Assembly (NCBI RefSeq): GCF_009914755.1
Contig: NC_060940.1
Length of the DNA stretch: 64,000 nucleotides
Reading direction: 5' to 3' (one strand)
DNA from: the human T2T-CHM13v2.0 reference genome, Homo sapiens
Under the pieces are notes generated by a model, which was given only the letters and a program-made list of their open reading frames with translations, made no database searches and was not told the DNA's origin. A program made the position numbers and the translations under genes. Shown piece after piece: positions 39,236 to 61,292 of this stretch (the first letter of the stretch is position 1; each line of letters opens with the position of its first letter).

Positions 39236-40046
39236 GTGAGGACCATGTGGGATCTCTGGGGTCTGAGCAAGGCAGATGAGGGGCTCCACTGGCTTTGATT
39301 GGATGTGTTGGATGATGCTGCCTCACCAGGCACCTCATCCATTTCCTTTCAGGCAGAATCCATTCCTATACTTTCCAAGATAGTGTGCAGTTTTTAAAGA
39401 CCCTTACAGGTTTTTGTTTTTAAACATTGCACGTTAGTAGCCTCGTGCCAAAAAACCCTTCACTTCCCCTCTAAAAGTCCTACCTTCTTACATTCTATAA
39501 CTTTTTGGGTGTTTTAGGAGGGGCTTCTTATTGCAGTTGAGGTGTGTGCTTATGTGCAGGTGCACAGAGGTAAAGGGATCCTAACATTTAAAAGTATGTC
39601 AGCTGGGCACGGTGGCTCACACCTGTAATCCCAGCATTTTGGGAGGCCAGTGAGGCTGGCGGACCACTTGAGACCAGCCTGGCCAACATGGTGAAACCCC
39701 ATCTCTACTAAAAATACAAAAAAATTAGCTGGGCATGGTGGCACGCACCTGTAATCCTAGCTACTCAGGAGGCTGAGGCATGAGAATTACTTGAACCCGG
39801 GAGGTGGAGGCCACAGTGAGCTATGATTGTGCCACTGCACTACAGCCTGGGTGACAGAGACTCCGTCTCAAAAAGACAAAATACAAATAAAAGTATGTCA
39901 CCAGCCAGGCGCGGTGGCTCATGCCTGCAGTTCCTGCACTTTGGGAGGCTGAGGTGGGAGGATCTCTTGAGCCCAGCAAATTCAAGGCTGCAGTGAGTAT
40001 GGCTGTGCCTCTGTACTCCAGCCTGGGCAATAGAGCAAGATCTGTG

Positions 40047-40050
<4 letters not shown>

Positions 40051-40110
<60 letters not shown>
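40051..40110. repeat. (A)n(TA)n microsatellite in an Alu tail
   Basis: About 31 A followed by about 15 TA. Confidence 0.9.
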
Positions 40111-40116
<6 letters not shown>

Positions 40117-40605
40117 TACCCCTCAGGCCTCAGTTCAGAAGCAAAACTCTGCTTAAGGAGTACTCTTACTACCACTATTTTTAAATCTTACTCTACATCC
40201 TGCCACTTGGCAATGGAAAAACTTCCACCTCATCCATGTTAAATGTTGATTATGTGCAGGGTAAGGTGGCAGGTCCCGTATAGTATAAAAAGGGAAAGTT
40301 CTTGCCCTCTAAGGAGCCCCTGTCCAGATGAGCAGGAAACGTGGCAGGTCCCGCATGGTATAAAAAGGGACGGTTCTTGCGCTCTAAGAAGCCCCTGTCC
40401 AGATGTGCAGCAAGCAGGAACCCCGTGCCAGTCTTCAGCCAAAAGGCACAGAGGAGACATCGGAGAGCACAGGGACAGAGAATATTCTCCAGGAAGCCCT
40501 GGCTGCCACGCAGGTCCCAGACTGGGGAGGGAGGTCCCCTAGCACTGAGTGTACCTGAATGTCTCTGGTGGTGCCTGGTTCATACCTCCTCCCTCTGTGC
40601 TGCAG

Positions 40606-40721
40606 ATGAAGATGCCTTCTAAGAAATTTGGACACATCCCTGTCTACACACTGGGCTTTGAGAGTCCTCAGAGGGTATCAGCTGCCAAAACCGCGCCAAT
40701 CCAGAGAAGAGACATCTTTCA
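40606..40721 (+). CDS. SPIRE2: SPIRE2 exon 14 (116 nt; MKMPSKKFGHIPVYTLGFESP...RRDIFQ)
   Basis: tgcag|ATG...TTTCA|gtgcgt. Confidence 0.94.
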
Positions 40722-41088
40722 GTGCGTTCTTCGCCTTGCTGCTGATGTCACTGTGGTGGTCGGGCGTGAAGAGGAACTTGGGAGCTGGGGTGGAGGGGGC
40801 TGGCTTTGTCTGTTTGCTAGGACACCCCAAGGAAATGGAAATGCAAGGCAGAGACGGATCGTTGTGTAGGGCTCTGGGAGGCTGAGCAGTATGAGATGGA
40901 AACTGGACTTGGGTGGTCAGGGAACAGTCTGCTGAGATGAACACTGCTAGCTGTGTTTGTTGCCTGAGGGCCAAGGGGAGGCCTAGGGTGAAAGGCAGCC
41001 AGGAGGGGGCTGTGGCATGCACAAGCAGGGAGGGGGGTGTGGCACCCTGGCTGGCTCCTCTCCCTGAGTGCCCTCTCCCACTTCCCAG

Positions 41089-41311
41089 GTCTCTGCAAGG
41101 GCCACAGTGGCAGAGCGTGGAGGAGGCGTTCCCCCACATCTACTCCCACGGCTGTGTCCTGAAGGATGTCTGCAGTGAGTGCACCAGCTTTGTGGCAGAC
41201 GTGGTGCGTTCCAGCCGCAAGAGCGTGGACGTCCTCAACACTACGCCACGACGCAGTCGCCAGACCCAATCCCTCTACATCCCTAACACCAGGACTCTTG
41301 ACTTCAAGTGA
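41089..41311 (+). CDS. SPIRE2: SPIRE2 exon 15 coding part (SLQGPQWQSVEEAF...VCSEC...RTLDFK-stop)
   Basis: cccag|GTCT...AAGTGA. Exons 2-15 total 1901 nt, which fits a 714-aa protein if exon 1 contributes 244 coding nt. Confidence 0.96.
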
Positions 41312-41766
41312 CAGCCCCAGGTGGCCAGGCCTCCAGGAGGCACCAGGCAGGCCCTGTATCAGGCTAGGACGCTCTGAGCTGTGCATGTACATATATACAT
41401 ATATAGATACATTTATAATATATACACACAGTTTATATATTTATATACACTGTTTCCTGGCCCCAGAGCTCATTTGGGTTCAGGCGCACTTCAAAACCCT
41501 CCCTGGGGGAGGCTGTTTCTTCTCAGGATTCCTTGCCAGGGAGGAAGGGGAGGGAACAGGGTGGGTTTTCTCACTGAAGAGAGAAAGCAGAAGGTTCTAG
41601 ATCCTGGCACAGACTGCATCCCATGTTCCCATGCTCTTCTCCGTCCCCAGGAATGCGAACGGCAGTTTCCCTTCCCCAGTGGACGTCTAGGTGGGGACAG
41701 GGTATCTTGGCTCCCAGCTGGACCAGAGTGCCCTGCTTGCCTCTGCTCTCCCTTTGTGGGGACTCA

Positions 41767-42384
<618 letters not shown>

Positions 42385-43362
42385 TCACCCAGCATGGCAT
42401 GTTCTCCCAAGGTTGAAGCTGGGCTTGAGGGGCCACCTGCCTTCCAGGACGAGGAAAGGCCTCCTGGCTTAGAGTCAGGTGCCCACCAGGCAAGGGCTCC
42501 AGGCCTGCTCTGTCCACGCAGCCCTGGCTGCCTCTACCAGCTTCGTGGTCCTGGCCACCATGGTCAGGGCTGCATGCGGACGGCACAGACTACTGCCCAT
42601 CAGCTCCTCTGGCCACACCTGCTGGCCTGGGGGGTACTTTGGTCTCATTTCCCAGATCCGTATTCTCGTTCTCCAGGGAGAGGATCCACAGGGGCAGGAG
42701 GTGTGACTGCAGGCTCTAGACAGGCCCTGTGCCGAGTGCTGTCTGCTCACCTGCGCCCGGCTCAGCCTGTTAACAGGGCCCTGCCCTGCTCCTCCGTGAC
42801 GTTCTGCCGTCATCTTACCTTACAGATGAGGGAACTGAGGCTCAACGAGGTCAAAGAATTTGGCCAAAGATACACAGCTCACCCAGAACTTTGACTCCAG
42901 GCTGTAATGCTAGCCGTGGGGCCTGGAGGTCAGAAGGGACAGGACTTGTAACTGATGGGCCTGCGGGAGAAAATACTCCTGTCAGCTGGGGTCCAGGAAA
43001 TCCAAACACACAAAATTAGAGCCCCCAGTAAAAACAGCCAGCTTCTAGCATGCGTGTAAGCATTTCACGGACTCTCTGGCCTGTATTTTTATTCCTGTTT
43101 AAAAATAAGAAAACAGGCACAGAGAGGGTCAGGGAACTCCTCCGGTCACACAGCCAGCAATAAGCTAATGTGTAGTGCTTGGTAAGGACGACGGTTGTTC
43201 TGGTTCTACGGGGACTCACACTCCCTATCATGGGGAGACTGGGTTGTAATTCATACAGGAACACTTGGAAATGAAAGCCCACGTTAAAACCCTAAACCAC
43301 GGCAGGTGCAGTGGCTCACACCTGTAATCCCAGCACTTTTGGAGGGTGAGGTGGGCAGATCA

Positions 43363-43597
<235 letters not shown>

Positions 43598-44059
43598 CTA
43601 ACCCATCCTGGGAGGGGCCAGGCCGGCTCACCAGGGCTGCTGCTTGTGCTCATGAAGCCGCAGTAAGTCGGGCAGGAGGCTGCTGGCACCTGTCTTCTCT
43701 ATGCCCTCCTGTCCCCATGTCCCCAACCCCAGGCACAGGAAGCTGTGCCCTCCGCCCACTGAACCCAGCACTGTCTCAGCCTCATCTACTTTATTTTTTT
43801 CATTTTTTTGAGACAGGGTCTGGCTCTGTCGCCCAGGCTGGAGTGCAGTGGCGCGATCTCGGCTCACTGCAGCCTCAGCCTCCCGAGTAGCTGGGATTAC
43901 AGGCGTGCGCAGCCACGCCCAGCTAATTTTTGTATTTTTAGTAGAGGGAGTTTCACCGTGTTGCCCAACCTGGTCTCGAATTCCCGACCTCAGGTGATTC
44001 GCCCACCTTGGCCTCCCAAAGTGCTGGGATTACAAGCGTGAGCACCGCGCCCGGCCCTT

Positions 44060-45450
44060 AGATCGTGACAAACGCGGGCGGCCTGTCCTAGAACTGTCAG
44101 AACCACTGTCCCTAAAGAGGCCTCGGGCGGGCAGTAAGGGCCGCGTCACTCAATGCTGCTCGAGGGGCGGCGGCTCCAGGGCAGAGGCGGGCATCGACGG
44201 CTAGATCACTCGAATGACACCCTGACACGAAAAGGACCAACTAGCAACGTCCGGGACGCAGCTGAAATGCTGCAGGCACGGTGCGGGGACAGGCCCCGGC
44301 GGGCAGAACGCGGCTGCGGGTTCCGGGCCACATGGATGGGCAAGGCCGGGCAGGGCCGACTGTCGCCGGCTGCGCGCCCGTTACCCCGAATCGAAGCCCG
44401 TCATCCCCGCGGGGCACCTCTCCATGCCCGGTGCGCACGGCGCGCAGACACCCAGCTCTCCAGAGACCTGGCCCGGACCCCCCGGAGCCCGCCCAGACGC
44501 CGCCGCTGAAGCGGGAAAGTTCCGGAGAGCCGCGACGCGCAGGCGCCGCAGCCAGGTCCTGCCCCCACCCCTCGCGCCAAGAGTGCGCAGGCGCGCAGCC
44601 AGCTCCCCCGCCCCCGACCCCGCGCGAAGAGTGCGCAGGCGCGCCGACAGCCGAGTTTTCTGCGCTTCCTTCTCCCTCTCTCCAGACGTCGTGGTCGTTC
44701 GGTCCTATGTCGCGCCGGGCCCTCCGGAGGCTGAGGGGGGAACAGCGCGGCCAGGAGCCCCTCGGGCCCGGCGCCTTGCATTTCGATCTCCGTGATGACG
44801 ATGACGCGGAAGAAGAAGGGCCCAAGCGGGAGCTTGGTGTCCGGCGTCCCGGGGGCGCAGGGAAGGAGGGCGTCCGAGTCAACAACCGCTTCGAGCTGGT
44901 GAGGAGCGCGGCGGCCCGGGTGGGGGTGGGGTGGCCCTTGACGTTGTGGGGCGGGGCGAGCGTCCAGCCGGGTCGGGGAGCGGGGTTGTGATGCCAGGGG
45001 TGGGAAGGGTGACGTGGGTCCCAGCCGCAGTGGGGAGGGCGGGGCCGTGCGTCGGGGCCAGGGCGACGCGGGTGGGCGGTGGCGTGGGGTGAAGACGGCG
45101 GGCCGCGGAGTTAGACTGGGTTCTAACCCCGGTGAGGTGGGCGGGGCTAAGGGATGGGGCGGGGCCGTGCTGTCGGGGCGGGGCGACCGAATGGGCGGGG
45201 TTAAGCGGGGTCCGGGTTGTGGAGGGTGCGGGGCCTTGATGCCAAGGGCGTGGCCAACGTCCGCGGGGCCGGGCCACGACGTGGGCGGGATTAAATGGGC
45301 CTGCGGCCACGTGGCTGTCGTGGGGCCGTGACGCTAAAGGGCGTGGCTAAAGACGGGGGGGTGGCGAGGCGATGGCGTGGGCGGGGTTAAATGAGGCCTG
45401 GGGCCACCGTGGGGGTGGGGCCACGGCGTAGGGGCAGGAGTCGGGTGGGG
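44060..45450. promoter_or_regulatory. TCF25: TCF25 CpG-island promoter, exon 1 and G-rich start of intron 1
   Basis: Very dense CpG; NRF1-like TGCGCAGGCGC at 44584 and 44632; GC boxes; no TATA box seen. Confidence 0.9.
44707..44898 (+). CDS. TCF25: TCF25 exon 1 coding part ([17 protein letters not shown]...VNNRFEL)
   Basis: ATG at 44707; CTG|gtgagg; 64 codons; MSxRALRRL N-terminus typical of TCF25/Rqc1. Confidence 0.96.
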
Positions 45451-45744
45451 CTTCCCTTTCTCGAGTCTAGAGGGGCCTTCTCTCGGTTCCAGGGTTGAGG
45501 ACTTGCCAGGCCTCTGCGAGCATTCTGCTTTAATCCTCACAACAACTCTGCCTAACCCAGGGCCTTGCTCTTCGCGCATCCCCATCAGCCTAACCCAGCG
45601 GATTAGTCTTACTCTTTGCTGCATCTCCGGCAGCTCGTTTCTGGCACAGGGAAGTAACAGTTTGACTGTATGGTTTGCTCATGCGGTCCTGTGACGTTTT
45701 CTCCTAAGCCCTGGCCTCCGTCTGTAACTCTGCCTCTGCGGGCT

Positions 45745-48473
<2,729 letters not shown>

Positions 48474-48479
48474 TAGAAT

Positions 48480-49030
48480 CTTTTCTGAACTGATTGGTAA
48501 TGAAAATAGCAACCTATCAAAATTTGTGGGATGCAACTGAAACGATGATTAGAACTTTATCATCGTAAATTTTAAATTAGAAAAGTGTTTAAAAATCTAG
48601 AAATTTACCTGAAACTTCTACCTTAAACTAGAAAAAGAGCAAATTAAACTCAAAATGTGTCGAAGGAAGAAACTAATCAAAGAGGGGAATGCACAGAATA
48701 GAGTATGGACACGATGGAGAGAATCGGTGAGACCGAAACTTGGTTCTCTCAAAAGACGAGTTGGCAAAAACTCTAGATTGACTGATGGAGGGAAAAAGGG
48801 AAGGTCCAGGTACGTTACCATTTTCAGGGATGGGAGAGGAGTGTTCACAGGTACAGATGGTGCAGATAGTAACGGGCGATAAGGAACTTCTTGCTAATAA
48901 ATTTTCCAGATTAGACAAATGGGCAAGTTCCTTTAAAGATAAAACTTATCTAAATTGACATGTGAAGAAATAAAAAAATCTGAGCCCTTTTATCTATTAA
49001 AGATACTGAATTTTTTAAAGTATAAAACAT
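48480..49030 (+). mobile_element. Degenerate L1M ORF2 fragment
   Basis: aacctatcaaaatttgtgggatgca...aaactagaaaaagagcaaattaaactcaaa matches L1 ORF2. Confidence 0.75.
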
Positions 49031-49152
49031 TCCAGGCTAGGGTTGGTGGCTGACACCTGTAATCCCATCACTTTGGGAGGTCAAGGCAGATCCATCACTT
49101 GAGCTCAGGTGTGTGAGACCAGCCTGGGCAATGTGGCAAAACCCCATCTCTA

Positions 49153-49467
<315 letters not shown>

Positions 49468-50091
49468 TCACCATTTTTTTTTTTTTTTTTTTTTTTTAGG
49501 AAAAATGGACATTTTCCTCTCCCCCTAAAAAAAGATAAAACTCCTTCCTGGTTATTAACTGAAATGCTGATCGAGCTTTATCCTAAAGAAGATCAGTCGT
49601 GGACAAGAACCTTGTGAAATGTTCCCCATTTGAGACCCTAAAACTAATGAAAATCACAGCTTTTGGGTAGGTAATAAGGTGTTTTGTTTTGTTTTTTGAG
49701 ACGGAGTCTTGCGCTGTCGCCCAGGCTGGAGTGCAGTGGCACCATCTCAGCTCACTGCAAGCTCTGCCTCCTGGATTCACTCCATTGTCCAGCCTCAGCC
49801 TCCTGAGTAGCTGGGACTACAGGCGCCCACCACCACGCCCGGCAAGTTTTTTTGTATTTTTAGTAGAGACGGGGTTTCACCGTGTTAGCGAGGATGGTCT
49901 TGATCTCCTGACCTCGCCATCTGCCCACCTCTGCCTCCCAAAGTGCTGGGATTACAGGCGTGAGCCACCGCGCCCAGCCAGTAATAAGGTTTGTCTGACG
50001 GTGATTGACAGCATTTTAGAGCTGATGCATGGCAGTAGAGATTGCAGCAAATCATGTGTCATCACCAAAACTTCACTGAAGAAGCAAAACT

Positions 50092-53966
<3,875 letters not shown>

Positions 53967-54431
53967 TATCATTTTCATTAGGAAAAGTTTGTAGGTTGAT
54001 GGGTCCTTGGTGCCTTTTTTTCCTGCCTGCTGCTGGAGAGGAGCTGAGGCTTGAGGAGAAAGGAGGAAGAAGGAACTTTAATGCATTGGCTGAATATATA
54101 TATTTAACGTTTTGTCCTGCAGATGGTCCTCTGTAAATGGAGTAAATTACAATATTTGAGGAGTCTTCCTTACCTCATCTCTGAAGGCAGAGATACCCCA
54201 TAGCCTCGGGGCCCCGGCTTTCTGTAGAGCTGCTGACAAAGTCCCCCTGAGCCAGAGCTGAGTCACTGCTGTGTCCAACAGTCTCGGGTTCTTGCATCTT
54301 TCCCGTCCAGCGTCTCGCACTGACCCTGGGGGTCCCCAACGCAAGCCCGTTCACATCTCACTATTCATATCTCAGCATGAGCGTTCACACTGTAAGTAAC
54401 GCCCTGGCTCTTCTCCAACCTGTTTTTCCAG

Positions 54432-54593
54432 ATAAACATTGACGATCTTGAGGATGACCCTGTGGTGAACGGGGAGAGGTCTGGCTGTGCGCTCACAGAC
54501 GCTGTGGCACCAGGGAACAAAGGAAGGGGTCAGCGTGGAAACACAGAGAGCAAGACGGATGGAGATGACACCGAGACAGTGCCCTCAGAGCAG
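54432..54593 (+). CDS. TCF25: TCF25 exon 2 (162 nt; [15 protein letters not shown]...TVPSEQ)
   Basis: ttccag|ATA...CAG|gtgggg; 54 codons. Confidence 0.93.
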
Positions 54594-54833
54594 GTGGGGG
54601 GCTGAGTGGTGAGGAGGTGGCATCAGACGGGAGAGTTCCAAGGCACCCAGCCACGTGTATCCTGTGCTGTGATTTTCCTTGGAGGTGTAATTTTCCGAGT
54701 TCCATTTTGGTTACCTGCTAGTTGCCCCCAAATTTACTTGGGAACCTTGATGAGATTTGCATGAAATGAGTGAAGGTCGCAGGCCTTTCTCCTGCATCTC
54801 AGGAGAGTCTGCGCCTGCCCAGCAGTGTATGTA

Positions 54834-54938
54834 ACCGCACACGTGTGTCCCTCCTAGCCAACCGCGCACGTGTGTCCCTCCTAGCCGACCGCGCACGTGT
54901 GTGCCTCCTAGCCGACCGCGCACGTGTGTCCTTCCTAA
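54834..54938. repeat. 27-bp tandem repeat x4, each copy containing CACGTG, TCF25 intron 2
   Basis: accgcgcacgtgtgtccctcctagccg units. Confidence 0.9.
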
Positions 54939-55662
54939 CTGTGCCCCGAACGTTTGCTTGGCTGGGTTGTGGATCTGGGTGCTGGTGTAAGTGAACTTTG
55001 AAGAAACATGCAGGTCAGGTTAACGTGGGATGGGCAGAGATGCAGACAGCCTGCTGCTGTGCTCCACAGCACAGAAGAGGGGCCCTAAAAGGAGAGCTTG
55101 TGTTCATTTATCCAACAAGTGTTCTTGGGAGCTTGCTGGGTGCTGGGAACGTGCCTTTGCCCCCCAGGAGCCTCTGGTTGGGAGGGCAACATACATGTGA
55201 AGTGACAGGTGGGTCCTGACTTGAGGCTCAGGGTCCTGGGGGCTTCCTGAGGAGCCTTCCTACTGTCAGAAGGGGTTGGCCAGGTGCAGGCGTAGGGGAC
55301 CACACATACAGGTGCGGTGTGAGGCGGCCAGGGCACAGCAAGGCCCCCGTCTTCAGGGTGGCTGCAGTGTGGCAGGGAGTGGCCGACACAGGGAGGAATG
55401 AGAGCTGGACCTGGTCAGGGTCCTGTGAGCCTGTGAGGCTGGACACAGAAGGCCCTGGGGACTGCTGTAGCACAGCCCGAGGGGCTCGGAGAGGTGGGAA
55501 GGTGCCTGCTGGAGAGAAGAGAGTGAGTTGAAGGAACTTTTGGGACACGGAGGGAGAGGTAGGGGCTGCTTAGGTGAGGGTGGAGTCACGCTTGCTGCTT
55601 TAATTCTCACTTCTTAAGATTTACTTCTCATTCTACTGATGAAAATGTGTTTCTATCATTAG

Positions 55663-55737
55663 TCTCATGCAAGTGGCAAACTCCGGAAGAAGAAAAAAAA
55701 ACAGAAAAACAAGAAAAGCAGCACGGGAGAAGCATCG
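55663..55737 (+). CDS. TCF25: TCF25 exon 3 (75 nt; SHASGKLRKKKKKQKNKKSSTGEAS, polybasic)
   Basis: cattag|TCT...TCG|gtacgt; 25 codons. Confidence 0.93.
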
Positions 55738-55766
55738 GTACGTGAGTTGGGCCTGGCTGTGCTCTG

Positions 55767-56212
55767 TCCCTCTGCCTGACGCCCCTCTCCCTCTGCCTGA
55801 CGCCCTCTCCCTCTGCCTGACGCCCTCTCCCTCTGTCTGACGCCCTCTCCCTCTGCCTGACGCCCTCTCCCTCTGCCTGACGCCCTCTCCCTCTGCCTGA
55901 CGCCCTCTCCCTCTGTCTGACGCCCTCCGTCTGCCTGACGCCCTCTCCCTCTGCCTGACGCCCCTCTCCCTCTGCCTGACGCCCCTCTCCCTCTGCCTGA
56001 CGCCCTCTCCCTCTGCCTGACGCCCTCTCCCTCTGCCTGACGCCCCTCTCCCTCTGTCTGACGCCCTCTCCGTCTGCCTGACGCCCTCTCCCTCTGCCTG
56101 ACGCCCTCTCCCTCTGCCTGACGCCCCTCTCCCTCTGCCTGACGCCCTCTCCCTCTGCCTGACGCCCTCTCCCTCTGCCTGACGCCCTCTCCCTCTGCCT
56201 GACGCTCTCTCC
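55767..56212. repeat. Pyrimidine-rich VNTR, 19/20-bp unit x about 23, about 30 nt downstream of the TCF25 exon 3 donor
   Basis: Unit ccctctccctctgcctgacg. Confidence 0.96.
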
Positions 56213-56928
56213 ATTCTCTTCTGGCTGTTTTCCAAGGTGGTGTTGAAAGAAGCTTACTTAGTATTTTTATTCCTTCCTATTAGGAGTATAACTAAGAGAT
56301 CAGGGAAAAAGAAAAGGGAAAGTTACTTTCTAAATGCTGCTTCTTGTTTTTACCCTTGTTCCTCGACTGGTTGGCGCTCTGCTCTGTGTCTCTGTGGGAA
56401 TGTGTGATCTGATGGGGACATCCCTTCTAGTTCTGGTGCTCCTGTGACCCGTGGGACACTTGCTGTTTGCCCTGACATCTGTCCCATGCTTATGGGTTAA
56501 TTGCATGGTGGGTACAGAACCCTCCACTGGAGCTAGTCTGTCATCAGAAAAAAATATGTTTTCATCATTGCCCTTCGTCCTCGTCTGACTGTGTCCTGAG
56601 ACAAGGGTGTAGCTTTGTTGCCGTTTAGTTGGAGCCACAAGTCCCAACCCTGTTTGCCTGAGGAGGTGAGCACACCAGTGTGATGTGGAATGCCCAGTTT
56701 TTTCTAGGGTCCTTCTGGTTCTGTGATTCTGTCTATGCTGAGCGCTTCTTAGGAAACATCTCTTCTTTTTTCTAAATGTGTGGATGGTACATAGTGTTTG
56801 ACTTATGCTGTCCTTTAGGAAGTAAATACAGTGTAATAGGTCTCTTTTAAGATAAATAATTTTGTTATTGTTACAATATTTAAAATAATGTCAGTGTGGT
56901 GATTAAGAGGTTGTTTTGGGGCTTTTAG

Positions 56929-57047
56929 GAAAACGGACTAGAAGATATCGATCGCATCCTAGAGAGGATTGAGGACAGCACTGGGTTGAACCGTCCCGGC
57001 CCAGCTCCCCTGAGCTCCAGGAAGCACGTTCTCTACGTGGAGCACAG
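56929..57047 (+). CDS. TCF25: TCF25 exon 4 (119 nt; [16 protein letters not shown]...VLYVEHR)
   Basis: ttttag|GAA...CACAG|gtgtgg; phase 0 in, phase 2 out. Confidence 0.93.
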
Positions 57048-57058
57048 GTGTGGCCCCC

Positions 57059-57140
57059 GCCCTTCTCTGCGGCTGCCCTTCTCTGCGGCTGCCCTTCTCT
57101 GCGGCTGCCCTTCTCTGCGGCTGCCCTTCTCTGTGGCTGC
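57059..57140. repeat. 16-bp tandem repeat x5 just downstream of the TCF25 exon 4 donor
   Basis: gcccttctctgcggct units. Confidence 0.9.
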
Positions 57141-57226
57141 CACAGAGACTTCGTGGGAGGAAAAGGTTCTCTAAAAAAGGAAAAATAAAATGTACTGTCT
57201 TTATTTAAAAATCATATGAGTTTATT

Positions 57227-61292
<4,066 letters not shown>

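Noticed and set aside
44281-44706. N-terminal extension of TCF25 suggested by ORF 44281..44991
   Set aside because: Starts at a non-ATG codon within the CpG-island promoter, where stop codons are scarce; the recognised protein begins at ATG 44707.
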